Made by a program: the position numbers and the translations under genes
Notes under the pieces: generated by a model
Databases searched by the model: none
Seen by the model: the letters and a program-made list of their open reading frames with translations, nothing else
What the model was told of the DNA's origin: nothing
Assembly (NCBI GenBank): GCA_963785305.1
Contig: CAWAUV010000008.1
Coordinates: forward strand, 1,408,001-1,472,000
From: an uncultured Planctomycetaceae bacterium
GTDB lineage: Bacteria; Planctomycetota; Planctomycetia; Pirellulales; PALSA-1355
Direction of reading: 5' to 3'
DNA: 64,000 nucleotides
In this document: one piece after another, positions 33,030 through 46,429 of the stretch
Layout: the number at the start of each line of letters is the position of its first letter
How positions within the stretch are numbered: position 1 is the first letter of the stretch

Positions 33030-34722
33030 TCAACTGGCGCTGGCCTGCGCGCCGCCGAGGAAGCCTTCGAGGTGCTTGCTTCGCACCGGATGCTGGAGCT
33101 TGCGCACCGCCTTGGCTTCGATCTGCCGCACGCGTTCGCGGGTGACCTTGAAGATGCGGCCGACTTCTTCGAGCGTGTAGGTGCAACCATCGCCCAGGCC
33201 ATAGCGAAGGCGAATGATTTGCCGCTCGCGATAGGTGAGCGTCTTGAGCAGGCCCTCGATCTTGTCGCGGAGCATGCCCTGGGTGGCGGTGAGAATCGGG
33301 CTCTCGGTGGTCGAGTCTTCAAGAAACTCGCCGAAGCTGCAATCCTCGCTCTCGCCCACCGGGCGATCCAGGCTCACCGGATGCCGGCCGATATTGAGCA
33401 CGCGGCGAGTTTCCTCGAGGCTCAGATCGGAGGCGCGGGCGATTTCCTCCGTCGTCGGCTCGCGGCCGAGGTCTTGAAGCAGCCCCTTGGCCACATTGCG
33501 AATTCGCGAGAGCACATCGATCATGTGGACCGGAATCCGAATCGTGCCGCGCTTGATCGGCGATCGCGCGGGTGATTGCTTGGCGAATCCACCAAGTGGC
33601 GTAGGTCGAGAACTTATAGCCGCGGCGGTATTCGAATTTATCGACGGCCCGCATCAGGCCGGTGTTGCCTTCTTGAATCAGATCGAGAAAGCTAAGGCCG
33701 CGGTTGCGATATTTCTTGGCGATCGAGACCACGAGCCGCAAGTTTCCGCTCGAGAGCTGCCGCTTCACGATTTCGTAGTCGCGGTATTGACGCTCGATGA
33801 CATCGCAGCGATTTCGCAAACTGCGCGGGCTTTCGTGCGTTTGCAGCATGAGTTCGCGCAGTTCGCGGCGGGCGGCGGCGCCTTCTTCCCGCGGAGCGCC
33901 TTCGAGTTCGAGCTGACGCAACCGCCGGCGCAGGGCGTCCATGCGACGCGACATCTCGCGCAATTGTTTGACCATCGGTTGCACGCGGCGCGTGCGAAGG
34001 CTGAGCTCCTCGACCAGGATCAGCGCCTTGCGGCGCCGGCTGCAAAACTGTTTGCGAGCCGCGGCGCCTTCGGCCTCCGGAGTGCGCTTGTCGATGAGCT
34101 GTTTGAAGTCGGCGCGGTTGGCGGCGAGCAGCTTCTCGAGCGTTGCCAGGTTGTGCGGCATGCGCTTCATGATCTGCTCCTTGGTCAGCCGCTCGGTGAG
34201 CGAGACCTTGATCGTGCGGTCGAACGGCAAAGCACCGCGATACACTTCATTGAGCGTGCGCACGGTCGCCGCGAGCGAGAAATTGCAACCCAGCACACTG
34301 CGGCGAAAGCGTTTTCGCGTGACCTCGATCTTTTTGGCCAGCGAAATTTCCTCGCGCCGCGTGAGCAGCGGAATCTCGGCCATCTGCGAGAGATACATGC
34401 GCACCGGGTCGTCGCTCAGCTTGGGCATTTCCCGGGCCGGGAGCGGCGCGAGAGACGATTCGAGCGGCGATTCCAGGTCATCGGCCGACGCGCCTTTTCG
34501 CCCGCGCGGCCTGTCTTCCAGGTCGAGCGCTTCGTCGACGAGCTCGATGCCCATTTCCTCGAGGGCGATCAGCAGATTGTCGAGCTTCTCCGGATTCACC
34601 GCCTCGTCGGGCAGATATTCGTTCACCTGGTCGTAGGTCAGATAGCCTTGGGCCTTGCCGGTCGAGACCAGCGCTTCGAGCTCGCGATGGGCCACCGCGC
34701 GCAGGGCCGCGAGATCGATCAT
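33030..34722 (-). CDS. rpoD: Group 1 RNA polymerase sigma-70 factor; indel at ~33550 (start codon uncertain)
   Basis: Region 1.1 [53 protein letters not shown]; region 4 [16 protein letters not shown]. Confidence 0.95.
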
Positions 34723-35004
34723 GGTTTCGCCCAGGGGTGCTTCGAGCGAGCCGCGGTCTCCAGCGGCGCTCGTTTCCGTATTCGCGACGTCTCCGCTCAA
34801 GAACGGCATGCCGAGCTGCCGATTCGAGAGGGTCCGGTTCGAGCCGTGATTCGCAACTTCTTGTTTCGATCGGTCATGCAAAGAAGCCACCAGTCAATTC
34901 CTCCCGGACGCTTCATAGCGAGCGCCCATTGACGGACGGTTATGATCGACATCCGCGAGGGACTCCTTGCCCACCGCGCTTCGTCGATCAACCGGCGACG
35001 TATC

Positions 35005-36962
35005 CTACCCTTCCATGGGCGCGGAAATACCTTGCCGGGTTTTGGCCTGCTCTTCGATCTGTCGCATCAGAGCCAATCGCTCTTCCGGGCTGAGTTCGCC
35101 CGCGGTATTTTTCAGCGACGCGATTTTCGAGCGAGCCTCATGCTTCGCATCGCGGCGTCGATACGTCGCGAGCAAGTTCCGAAGCAAGCCGTCGAGATCG
35201 ACTGCGCCCTTGCGTTTGGCGCTTTCGTCAAGCTCAACAAGCAAGTTTTTAACCTCTCGGTCGTCAAACTCCAATAACAATCGCGCAAAGTCGATTGCTT
35301 CGCCTTCCATGTGCCATTGCAAGCAGCGCTCGATCAGCTCACGGCACATCGGCGAGCGTATCCAATCGACCATCAACTCGTCGGCCAGAATCGCGATACA
35401 ACCGGGATTTCTCAGCAAAATCTCGAGCAATTCCCGATCGGCCGGATCAAGCTCGCTCGCTCGCAAGCTTGCATGCGCCGGCGCCGCTGGCGCCGAAAAG
35501 CGATCCAAATCCGCGGCGCGAAAACCGCTGCTCGGCGAGAGGGAAACACTCGTGTTGCCGGGCGACGCCAAGCCTCGCGAGCCGTCGCCGCCGCGCAGCG
35601 CGCGGCCACGCAGTTCGGCCATGCGGGCTCGCAAGCCTTCTTCGGGCACATGGAAATACGCGGCCACGCGACTCAAGAATGCTTGATCGCGCAGATGGCT
35701 TTCGCGACCCGTGGGCCGCGGCGCTTTGGCGATGGTTTCCACGAGCTTATCGAGCGCGCGACTCGAGGCATGCACATCGCGCGCGACATCGATTCCGTCG
35801 GTCGCCAGGCGCATCGCGTGCGTGAGCGCGTCGACGGCGGTGTCGAGCATTCGCTGAAACGCCTCGGGGCCATGTTCCAGCAAGAATTCGCAGGGGTCGG
35901 CCTCCTCGGGTAAAGTGAGCACGCCCAAGTCGGCGTTTTCAGCCAAAAACAGTTCGAGCATTTCGCCCGCCCGGCGGCGGCCGGCTTCATCGCCATCGAG
36001 CACCAAAAGAATTCGGGCATCGCGTCCGCTGGGGGCGTTTTGAGCGATGAGGCGAATCTGTTGCGAGGTCAGCGCCGTGCCACATGCCGCCACGGCGCCC
36101 GTGAAGCCGCTTTGATGCGCCATGATCGTGTCGGTGTAACCTTCCATGACCAGGGCCACGCCTTGGGCGCGAATCGTGTCGCGAGCCAGATTCATGCCAT
36201 AGAGCACTTTGCTTTTGGCATAGAGCGGCGTTTCGGGCGAATTGATGTATTTCGCGGCGTCGGTAGGACCGAGCTCGGGCAACACGCGCCCGCCGACGCC
36301 AACCGGTCGGTTTTGAGCGTCGTAGATCGGAAAGAGCACTCGGCCGCGAAAGCGGTCGTAGCAGCCTTCGCCCCGCTCGCGCCGCTTGGCGAGGCCGATT
36401 TTCTCGAGCACCGCGGGGGAATAGCCGGCCGCGGCGCCGCGCGCAAGAGCCAGTCCCAGGCGTCGGGAGCAAAGCCGAGACGAAAACGGCGCACGCTTTC
36501 ATCGCTCACGCCCCGCTCGACGAGATATTTTCGCGCCACGGCCGCTTGCGGATCGCGAACGAGACAATCATGAAATTCGGCCTCGGCCCAGGCCATGGCC
36601 TGATAAAGCCGCCGCTTCTCGTCGACGGCCTCCGCCGGACGATTGCCCGAGCGAGCGGGCCCCAGTGAGACGCCCGCCCGCTCGGCGAGCATGGCGAGCG
36701 CTTCGCGGAAGTCGACATTTTCCATCTTCATCACGAAGCTGAAAATATCGCCGCCGTCGTTGCAGACCCAGCACTTCCAGCTTTGTCGCTCGGGATTGAC
36801 CTGCAAGCTGGGCCGGGAGTCGGCATGCCAGGGGCAGAGCGCCTTGAACGCTCGGCCCTCGCGGCGGAGCGTCAAATAACTGCCCACGAGATCGACAATG
36901 TCGACCGCGTCTTTGACTCGGAGTTTGGCGTCGTCGAATGATCCAGCAGACACGGGCAACAT
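35005..36962 (-). CDS. dnaG: DNA primase; indel at ~36445
   Basis: CPWH..PSL..WKCWVC zinc finger, DRFRGRVLFPI, KYINSPET, EGYTD, DGDEAG, DPCE. Confidence 0.96.
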
Positions 36963-37036
36963 TCCTTGCAATCGAACCGCCTCGCGGGCGCCGCGCGGCG
37001 CGAATTCGCGCGAATCCATCGGGTTGACTTCGCGTG

Positions 37037-37045
37037 ATTATAACA
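37037..37045 (-). promoter_or_regulatory. Extended -10 promoter (TGTTATAAT) upstream of dnaG-rpoD
   Basis: Plus-strand ATTATAACA is TGnTATAAT on the minus strand, ~75 nt before dnaG. Confidence 0.6.
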
Positions 37046-37175
37046 GGCCGGCCGGCGAATCCATTTTCAGAATTCGAGCCACCCGCGCGAAGTTCGCCCG
37101 AGGCACGACGAGAACGATGGTCGCGGAGCAGCGATCGGGCGCACGAGCGCGCGGCGTCGCGGCTCGCGATGGGAA

Positions 37176-38369
37176 TCAAGGTCGCCGCGAACTGGGACGC
37201 TCCTCGACCGGAACTTCCAGCGTTTGCTTCACGCCCTCGCGAATCAGGGTCACGGTGGCTTTCGAGCCGATGGCGGTCTTGGCGACGAGCAAGCTGAGCG
37301 AACCGGAAGATTCGGTCGGCTGGCCATTCCACGCGATGATAAAATCGCCCGGCTCGATTCCGGCCTTTGCCGCCGGCGCTCCAGGCCGCACATCGACGAC
37401 CAGCGCCCCCTTGAGGTTGGGCAATTTGAGCTTGGCGGCCAAGTTGGGCGTCGCTTCGTCGAGCACCACGCCGAGCCACGCGCGGGCCACCTTGCCGTGG
37501 GCGCGGAGCTTGCCGTAGACATCGCGGGCCGTGGAACTGGGAATCGAGAACGAGATGCCTTGATAGGCCTTGCCGATGATCGCGGTGTTGATGCCGACGA
37601 GTTGTCCTTGAATATTCACCAGCGGTCCGCCGCTATTGCCGGGGTTGATCGCCGCGTCGGTCTGGAGGAAATCTTGATAGGGGTTGTGCTGAAAGCCGCG
37701 ACGATTCTTGGCGCTCACGATGCCAAACGAAATACTGCGGTCGAGCCCAAACGGATTTCCGATCGCCCAGACCATGGCGCCCACCTCGAGTGAATCGCTG
37801 TCACCCCACTCGGCGGCGATCAGATCCGAGGCGTCGATCTTGAGCACCGCCAAGTCCGTGGCCGGATCGGCGCCGAGCACCGAGCTCACCAGGCGGCGGC
37901 CATCGCTCAGTTCGACCTCGATCGTGTCTCCGCCCTCGACGACATGGTTGTTCGTGAGAATATATCCTTCGTCGTCGACAATCACGCCCGAGCCTTCGTC
38001 GCGCTCGATCATTTGCTGCTGGCGGAGGCCGAAGAGGCTGGCGAGCTCATCGTTGGGCCCGACCGGAGCGCGGCGCGTGGTTTTGACATGCACCACGCTG
38101 GGGCCGATGCGTTTGGCGATCAGGCCGAAGTCGCGCGACAGGGTTTGCAGCAATTTTTCATCGGGAAGCTGCTTGGCCGCCGATTCGGCTTCGGCCCGCT
38201 CGCGCCCGCGAACGCGGGCATATTCGAGCCGCTCGACCAACATCGGGCCGAGCCACACGATCAGCAGCAGCACGAGCAGCCAAGTGAGGCGCGGCAGCGG
38301 CGAGCGCGGCGCGGCGTAGGGCGACGTTGAATAGGGCCGGGGCGCGCCGGGCTGTGAATATTCTTGCAT
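37176..38369 (-). CDS. HtrA/DegP-like trypsin serine protease with one PDZ domain and an N-terminal TM
   Basis: GSGVIV..ILTNNHVV, DLAVLK, QTDAAINPGNSGGPL, PDZ PAAKAGIEPGD. Confidence 0.95.
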   Translation of the reverse strand: MQEYSQPGAPRPYSTSPYAAPRSPLPRLTWLLVLLLIVWLGPMLVERLEYARVRGRERAEAESAAKQLPDEKLLQTLSRDFGLIAKRIGPSVVHVKTTRRAPVGPNDELASLFGLRQQQMIERDEGSGVIVDDEGYILTNNHVVEGGDTIEVELSDGRRLVSSVLGADPATDLAVLKIDASDLIAAEWGDSDSLEVGAMVWAIGNPFGLDRSISFGIVSAKNRRGFQHNPYQDFLQTDAAINPGNSGGPLVNIQGQLVGINTAIIGKAYQGISFSIPSSTARDVYGKLRAHGKVARAWLGVVLDEATPNLAAKLKLPNLKGALVVDVRPGAPAAKAGIEPGDFIIAWNGQPTESSGSLSLLVAKTAIGSKATVTLIREGVKQTLEVPVEERPSSRRP

Positions 38370-38533
38370 GGCTCTTCCTGTCCTTTACCGACGGCGTTTA
38401 CCTTTCCATAATTTGAGCGGTTCGTCAAGCATGCGATCCGCGCGCCTCGTGTCGCGCGCCGAATGCGACCGTGGACGCGAAGCGGCTGGGCTCGTCCCGA
38501 GCCTCGACCCGATGGACGTGAAATCCAAAAAGC

Positions 38534-39229
38534 ATGGCCAAGCTTACCAAATCGAGATTCTTCCCGCCGCCCGAGCTGGCCGAGCCCTCGGGCGTGGTGC
38601 TGTTTGGCGGCAGGCTTTCGCCCGAGTGGCTGCTCGACGCCTACGCGCATGGTATTTTTCCCTGGCCGATTTTCGAGAGCGTGGACATGCTGGTCTGGTG
38701 GTCGCCCGACCCGCGCGCGATTTTCGACTTCGATCTGTTTCGCCCCTCGCGGCGCCTGATGCAAACGGCTCGCGGCAAGCGATTCGAAGTAACCAGCAAT
38801 CGCGACTTCGCCGGAGTGATTCGCGGCTGCGCCAGCGCCGGCGACCGGGCGGGCAATACCTGGATCACGCCGGCGATGCTCGACGCCTACCAGGAATTGC
38901 ATTCGCTGGGGCACGCGCATAGTGTCGAGGTTTGGCAAGACGATCGCCTCGTGGGCGGGGTCTACGGCGTGGGTATCGGCGGACTGTTTGCCGGCGAATC
39001 GATGTTTCATCGGGAGCGCGACGCATCGAAAGTGGCGCTCACGCGGCTGGTGCATCATCTTCGCCAGCGCGGCTACGCGCTGTTCGATATCCAGCAGCTC
39101 ACGGAGCACACCGCCAGCCTAGGCGCCATTGAAATCAGCCGCGAGGAATACCTTCGCCGTCTGGAGCGCGCGATCGCCCTGCCCGCGACCTTCGGCGACG
39201 CCCTGACCGCGCTCCCCCGCGCGGGATGA
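38534..39229 (+). CDS. aat: Leucyl/phenylalanyl-tRNA--protein transferase
   Basis: AYAHGIFPW, WWSPDPRA, TWIT, GHAHSVEVW, GGVYG, FAGESMF, DASKVAL. Confidence 0.97.
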   Translation: MAKLTKSRFFPPPELAEPSGVVLFGGRLSPEWLLDAYAHGIFPWPIFESVDMLVWWSPDPRAIFDFDLFRPSRRLMQTARGKRFEVTSNRDFAGVIRGCASAGDRAGNTWITPAMLDAYQELHSLGHAHSVEVWQDDRLVGGVYGVGIGGLFAGESMFHRERDASKVALTRLVHHLRQRGYALFDIQQLTEHTASLGAIEISREEYLRRLERAIALPATFGDALTALPRAG

Positions 39230-39246
39230 TCCGCGCGGCTTTTTCG

Positions 39247-42200
39247 TCAACGCGCCATCGCGGTCGAGAGGGCCGCGTCGAGCAAGTCGGCCAAGCGCGA
39301 GCGGGCGGCGGAGTTCCAGGGGAAGTGGCGCTCTTCGCCCGTGCGGAGAAAGTGCAGCGCCAACTCGCGGGGCGGTTTGCCCAGCACGCGTTCCGCCGCG
39401 GCGGCGTAGACCAGCATTTGCAGCTCATATCCCGCGGCAATGCTTTCGAGCGTTCCCGGCGCCACGCGATTCGTCTTGAAGTCGAGCAACGTCCAATCGC
39501 CGGCCGGTGAGCGATACAGCCGGTCGATGAACCCCGTGATTTGAACCTCGCCCGAACCGCCGGCCGCGAGGCTCGATGGCCAAGCCATGAGAAACTCGGT
39601 TTCGACATGATCGATCGTGGCCACCGCGAGCTCCTGGGCGCGGGCCGACTGTAGAAATCGCTCCACAAGCGTCAGGGCCGCGTCGGCTTCGGCGCTGGCC
39701 GCGTCACCTTGCCGCTCGGAGTGGCGCCGCACGAGCGATTCAAGCGCCGCGGGCGACATCGGAAAACGCAGGTCGGCGATCACGGCATGCGCCAGCGTGC
39801 CCAGACCGATCGGATCGATCGCCGCGTCGAGCGAGACCGAGCCGGAATCGTCGTCCGTATCCGAATCATGCATGGGGGTCGTGTTCGCCGCTCGACGTGC
39901 ATGCACGATCCCGCTCAAACGCGAAAATGAAAACTGCCGCCGCTCATGCGCCCGCGCCGCAATCGGCGAAATCAAGTTGGCCGTTGGCTGGGCGCTTGAC
40001 CGCTCGGCGGCGGAGAGCAGTTCCGACCAAGCTGTCTTTTGCGAGGAAGGAGTGCTCGCGACGATGGCCGGCGGCGACATGGTCACCAACACGCGAGGCC
40101 GCTCGCTGGAAGAACCGCGGACGCCCGCGCCGCCATCGACGCTTTCGCGAAGCGCGCCGGTTTCGAGCTCGAAGCGGCTTTCGAGCATGCGCAGCCAACT
40201 ACCTTGGAGGCGAGCGAGATCGGTGAGGCCCGAGGAGAGGATCAGATAATCGGCGGCGCGCGTGGCGGCCACATAAAACAGGCGCCGGCTCTCGGCCTCA
40301 TCGTGTTCGGCCGCGAGCAAGTGAAAGAGCTCGTGGCCGCCCACGGCGGTTTCGTCGCCATCGTCGGGCAATTTGACCAGCGGTCCCCAATCGGCATGAA
40401 ACTCGACGCTCGGCGACTGCGAATTCGCCTGACGATTCAAATCGGCCACCACCACGACGGGAAACTCGAGGCCCTTCGATTGATGAATCGTCATCAGCCG
40501 CACCACATCCATGTCGGACCCGTGCGTGGCCGCGAGCGCCTCTTTCGGTCGATCGGATACCTGGCCGGCCAGCTCGAGGATAAAGTCGGCCAGCTTGAAC
40601 GAACCGTCGCCCTCGAAGTCGCGGGCCAAGTCGATGAGCTTTCGCATGTTGGCCAGCTTGCGCTCGCCCAGGAATTCGGCGAGCAAGAGCGCGTCGTAGC
40701 CGGTGGCGTCGAGGGCGCGTTGAATGAGATCGGCGACCGATACGCGATCTTTCAGGTTCCACAGTTCGGCGAGCGTGGCCGCCGCGAACATCGCCGCCTG
40801 GCGCTGGTCGCCGGAAATCTCGGGCGGCAAGTCGTCGGCCATGAGCCCCGCGCCCAGTCCGGCCGGATGCTGGGCCAACCAGAACAGGGTTTCGTCGGCG
40901 AGCGAAAAGAAGGGACTCCGCAGCGCCGGCCAGACTCACGAGATCGGCCGGATCGTTCACGGCCCGCAGCAGGTTCGCGAGATCGAAGATTTCTTGCTGC
41001 GAATAAAACGCATGGCCGCCAACCAAGTAATAGGGCAGCCCGTGGCGACGCAGCGCGTCTTCATAGTACGACACATCGGAAAGCGCGCGAAACAGGATCG
41101 CGATATCGCCATGGCGCACCGGCCGACCGGGCACGATGCGCGGCTCGCCATTGTCGTTGTCGATCATCGCTCGCAGTCGCCGGGCGATCCAATCGGCCTC
41201 GCGCCGCCGGACCACTTCCGCCGACTCGCGCTCGGTGGGCTCCGCGGGCAGGGCCCAGAGGAATTCGATCGCCGGCTCGCTGGCTGTTCGCGGACGGCTC
41301 GCGGCCAGCGGCTCGTATTCCGAGCCGAGCGCGCCGACGAAGAGGGTGTTGACGAAATCGAGCACCGCCGGTTGGCTGCGAAAGTTGAGCGTGAGCGGCA
41401 GTCGGCCCTGGGGCGGCATTCGTTCGCGTAGGCCGTGAAACACGGTCGGATCGGCGCCGCGAAACCGATAGATCGACTGTTTGAAATCGCCGACGAAAAA
41501 CAGTTTGCCGCTTCGCAGCCCCTCGTCGCAAAGGGCCGAGACCAGATCGACTTGGAGCGGATCGGTGTCTTGAAACTCATCGACCAAGAGCAAATCGATC
41601 TGATTCGAAATCCGCTGGCGGAGTTCGCGCCGCGCGGGGTCGTTGAGCAAGGCGCGCGAGCGAATCAATAGATCGCGAATATCGAGCGACGCGGCGGTGC
41701 GCTTGGCCGCGACGTAGCGCGCGTGGAGCGTGGCGGCGAGCTCGAGCATTGCGAGCCCGACCACGGCCGCATCGGTCGCGGCGCCGGGAGTGAAGGCCAG
41801 TTGGCTCGTAAAACGCTTCAGCACCCGATCGCGCAGCTCCGCGAGCAGATCGCGAAATCGCTCGTAGTCCTCGGGCGATTGCCAGCTTTTGGGAGAGCGT
41901 TTCTTGAGCTTTGCGTTTTCCGCGAGCAGTTCGAGATCGGCGTCGGCGCTGCCCGCGCGCCAATGCCCATCGCCCCAAGCGGCGAGAATCGCGAGCAGCG
42001 CGGCCTTTTGCTCGATGACCACCGGATCGGCCGGCTCGGCATGTTCGAGAAACGCGACCAACGCCGCGGCCGGCTCGCTCGTGACCACGCGCCGCATCAC
42101 GCAGGGCACGACCCGTTCGGCATGCAATTGGGCCCAGCGGGCGACGAGTTTTCCGGGGGTCGACCCGAGCCACGCGGCGAAATCGTCGGCGTCGCGATGA

Positions 42201-42766
42201 CCCGCCAGCCGCCGCAGACGCTCGGCGAGCCCCGACAGGTCGAAGAGCACGGCCAAGTCCATCGTGGCCTGGTCTTGTTCGGCCAAACGCTCGCGGAGCA
42301 GTTCGTCGGCCTCTTGGGCCAGCATGCTATCGCCTTGCGTCGGCTCGAGCACGGTGAACGACGGATCGAGCTCGGCCTCGACCGCATGGGCGCGGAGGAG
42401 CGTGTTGCAAAAGGCGTCGATCGTGGTGATGCGGGCCGAATCGAGGCCGCGGATCATCGCGGCCCAATGCTCGGCTTCTTCATCTCCGGCCGCCCGCAAG
42501 CGATCGTAGCACGCGCGGCGAACGCGATCGCGCATCTCGCGCGCGGCGGCATTGGTAAACGTGATCGCCACCACGTGGCCGATCTTGCTCGGATCGAGCG
42601 ACTCGGGAAAGCGCGGATCGAACTGGGCCAAAAACCGCTGCGTGAGCACGAAGGTCTTGCCGCAGCCGGCGCCGGCCGAAAGCGCGACCGATGAGCCCTT
42701 GGCGCCCAGGGCGGCAGCTTGCTCGGCGGTGAATTGCGGCCGGCTCGGGGCGATGCCATGTGTCAT
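39247..42766 (-). CDS. addA: AddA-like UvrD helicase / PD-(D/E)XK nuclease; indel at ~40923
   Basis: SAGAGCGKT, ITFTNAAAREM, VDEFQDT, GDFKQSIYRFRGAD, NFRS, TIHQSKGLEF, YVAATRA, GFIDRL..LDFKT. Confidence 0.9.
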
Positions 42767-45700
42767 TGTCGCGACCTCCGGCCCCGAGTGGCCCCGGGCT
42801 TGGCGATCGGCTCGGGCGGCGCGCCAGATACAGGTGGCGAAGCAGACTCGAAAGCGCCCGCGGGGGAAGTGGTCGCGGCGCCCGCGGACAATGGCCAGAC
42901 CTTGCCGAGCGAGCGCACATGATTGATCCGGCAGACGGTGCTGTATGCACACTGGCTCGTGCAATCGTCGTCGCGACTGGCCACCGGAAAGTCGCCATTG
43001 CGAACGCCGCGCACGGCCGCCAGCACCCATGCCGCCAGTCGAAGGCGAAACTCGCGCCACGCTTCGCTCTCGGCTTCCGGCGCTTGTTCGGGCTCGCGAC
43101 ACGCAAGGGCCATCGCATAGCCGCTGCCTTTGAGAAACCAGTAGCCAACCTCGAGCGGCGTCGCCTTTTTATCGGCCAGCAGCAGGTCCGACGCGACCAC
43201 GGCATAGAGCGGCAGTTGCAGCGCCAGGCCCTCGTCGACGGTCGCCGCCAAACGCGGGATCGGCTTGCCGCTCTTATAATCGAGCACATTAAAGACCAAC
43301 GCTTTTCCGACGCGGCCGACATCGATCCGATCGATCCGCCCGCGAAGCAGCACGACCTCCTCGCCGCAATCGAAGCGAAACGGCGCCGTGGTCGAGAGCC
43401 GATCGGTCGCCAACGCATCGGGTGTATTCGCCATGTCTTCCTCGGGCTCTTCCCTCGCTCCGAAGGCAACTTCGAAATGCGAGGGCAGAAGCAAGTCGGC
43501 TTTCTTCGCCATTTTGGTCGAGTAGGCGCCATGTTGCTTGAGATAGCGATCGACGGCCGTGGTTAGAAGTCGGCGGTCGATTTCCGCGAGCGCCGCGGTC
43601 AGCGGCGTGGCGCCCGGCGGCGGGGAGCAGAGTTGGCCGAGCAGTTCATGGGCGTCGGCCAGGGTTTGTGTTTCATCGCCAAGCGCCGCGGGAGCGCCGG
43701 CCCGATCGTGCGCGCGGCGATGCAGTCCGGCGAGCACGCCATGTAATTTCGAGCCCCGCCGCATATAGTCGGCCGATAATTCGAACCCTTCGAGCGGCGC
43801 GAGTCGCAGCACGCGCTGGGCGAAGAATTGATAGGGACACGCGACATATTGCTCCAATTGGCTGACGCTCCACAGCGCCTCGGGGCCGAATCGCGCCGCC
43901 AGCCGAGCGCGCGCCGCGGGCGAAACGACTAGGCCCTCGAATTCGCCAAACTCGCCCGCCCGTCGCGATTCTTGCATGCACAGTCCGCGCCGCAGATTCG
44001 CCGCCAAGCCGGGTCGCTCGATCGCGAGCAAGGACTTGAGCAGCGACGCATCGGGCGCGGCGCTATCGGCGGCCCGAGACACGGCCGCCAGCCGCAGGTC
44101 GCGCTCCGAGAGCGGATCGCGATATTCGGGCAGCGGTCTCAAGTGCAGCGGCGCTCGAGGCGCCAGCAGGCGGCCATCGCAAATGACGTCGAGTTCGTGG
44201 AGATAAGGGCTCGGCATCAGCGGCTGCGCCTTGGAATCGAGCGCCGTGTAGCTCAAATACAACCCACGTCGGGCGCGCGTGAGCGCTTCGTAAAAGAGCA
44301 GCATCTCGGCCCGGCCGCGCTCTTCTCGCGCCGATAGCGGCAATCCGGATTTGACCAGATCGTCCACTTCCGTGTCGGTGAGAAACGAGCGCGCGCCGCC
44401 GGCGAGCGGAAACGATTGCTCGCCCAGGCCGGCGAGAAACACGAAGTCGGCCGAGAGTCCGCGCGCGGCGGGCGCGGCCAACACGCGCACACGCCCCGCT
44501 TCGTCGTTGCCGATCGGAAGCGGTTCGACACGGAGCAAATCTTGCCACAGTGCCCAAAACTCGAGGCGATCGAGTTTTCGCGCCGGCCGGTCGAGCCAGC
44601 CGTGAAGTCGATCGGCGCCGCGGAGCGCGACCATCGCGGCTTGCCAAGCTTGGGCATCGAGCGATGGCGGAGGATCGTCGCGCGGCGGAGCGGCGGCGTC
44701 GGGCGAGTCCGCGCCGCGCGGGATTCCGGCTTGGTCGGCGAGGCGTTCGAGAGCCGCGGCCCATTCATGCGCGGTGGCGCGGTTCGGCAGTGCTCCGACC
44801 ATGTCGGCTAGTTGCTCGAGCACGCGCAGGCCGAGCGCCGAATGCGGCTCCGTGGCGCGCGACGCATGTTCGAGCCACGCGTCTCGGCCGCGGCGAACCT
44901 GCAACCTCCGCGCCAGACTCGCCGCCGCGGCCTTGGGCCAGCGCGGCCGCAGGTAGCTATTGCCAAGCGCCGAACGCAACACGTTTCCGTTCCAATCCTC
45001 GAATTCGAGCCGCAGCAGCGTGCTTATGGCCGACAGCACGCCGCAGCGGCCGAGCCGGCGGTGACTTTCCATGGCCAGCGGAATGCCGTAGTCGCGAAAG
45101 ACCTCGCGCACGAGTTCTTCGACCGGCTCGAGCGAACGAAACACGACCATGATCTCGCCGCAGGACACGCCCTGGCAAGCTGTATCGTCGCGACGGTCGT
45201 TGCATGAATGTTTGCCCGCCTCGTTGGCGCCGCGCTCTTCGGCGGGCCGCGCGTCGCCGGTAAGCAGCAGTCGCTTGATGCGAGCGGCGATCGATTCGAT
45301 TTCGCCCCGAGCGCTCGCCGCAACCAAGAGCTCCACGCCGCGCAGCTCTGGCGCCTCGGGCCGCGCGGCGCCGGCGCTGGCCTTGCCCGGCGGCCGAAAA
45401 ATGTTGGCTTCCAAAAACGCGAACGCCGGCGGCCTGTCGGACGCGCGCGGGAGCATGATCGTTTCGAGCCGGTGCCGATCGCTTAATTGGGTGGCCGTTT
45501 TGTCGGTCTTGAAAAACAGCTCGCTCCGCCGCGATTCCCCGCCCTGTCCCCCGACTTCGTCGAGCGGCAGCGAGATCACCAACCGCTCGACGCGCCGAGC
45601 CAGGATTTGCAATATCTCGTGCTCGGCGCCCGTGAAGTCGGTGAACCCGTCGACGAACACGGTTCGCAATTTATCGAACGGCTGCGTCTGCCCGGCGGCG

Positions 45701-46264
45701 AGCAAGGTTCTCGCGGCCCAAAAACGGCCTTCCGGGTCAAACAGCCGTCGCTCGTTGAGAAGCGCTTGATAGCGGGCATACAAGTCCGCCAGTTCCGAGA
45801 GCTTCGCGTCGCGACGAAACGAGGGCATTCGCTCGGCAAGCATTTCCGGCCAGACTTCGTGGCGTTTCAATTCGCGAATGAAGCCGGCCAGAAGATCGAG
45901 GAAGCCGGCGGTGTCGACAATGGGGCGGAAATAAGCGAGCCGACCCTCGCGATCGGCCGCGGTGGCCAGTTCGCGCAAAATCTCACGTTGGCCAAGCCGA
46001 TTGAGCGCGTTCAGCGGCGTGGCCGAGGCGGCGAGAATGCGAATGGCGAACTGCCCAAACGTGTGGCATTGCGGACTAAAGCAGGCCGTGAGTCCCGGGC
46101 CAAGCAGCGATTGCCGCACATCGTTCACATTGCGGCCGGCGGGCGCCAGCCAGAGCGAAGCGCCGGTGGGACCTGCGGCCAAGGCCTGCGCGATATTCGC
46201 TCAAAAGTCGCCGCGTTTTGCCGCAGCCAGCCGGACCAGCCACGAGCACGACCTGAGCCGTCAT
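42763..46264 (-). CDS. addB: AddB-like nuclease subunit; indel at ~46190
   Basis: GPAGCGKT, VDGF, SVSQLEQYVACPYQFF, RGRIDRID, DYKSG, LQLPLY, C-terminal CTSQCAYSTVC Cys cluster; 4-nt overlap with addA. Confidence 0.88.
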
Positions 46265-46429
46265 GGAGCGTTGCGTCCCGTCTTACAAAAAGATGTGGCG
46301 CGGGTCGAAGACCAAATCGCCGCCGCGCGCTTCGCCGACCCGTGCCCGAATCGCGGCGAGGAATCTCCATTGTCGTGATTCGCGACAAACGCCACAATCC
46401 CCAGGCCAACTTCGCCCCGCGGCATGCGA

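Noticed and set aside
33030..36962. rpoD and dnaG as pseudogenes or programmed frameshifts
   Set aside because: Essential genes with intact motifs on both sides of the break, no slippery heptamers, and the same indel pattern throughout the window; sequencing error is more likely
39247..46264. Helicase + nuclease pair as a defence system
   Set aside because: Architecture, Cys cluster and gene overlap match housekeeping AddAB recombination enzymes
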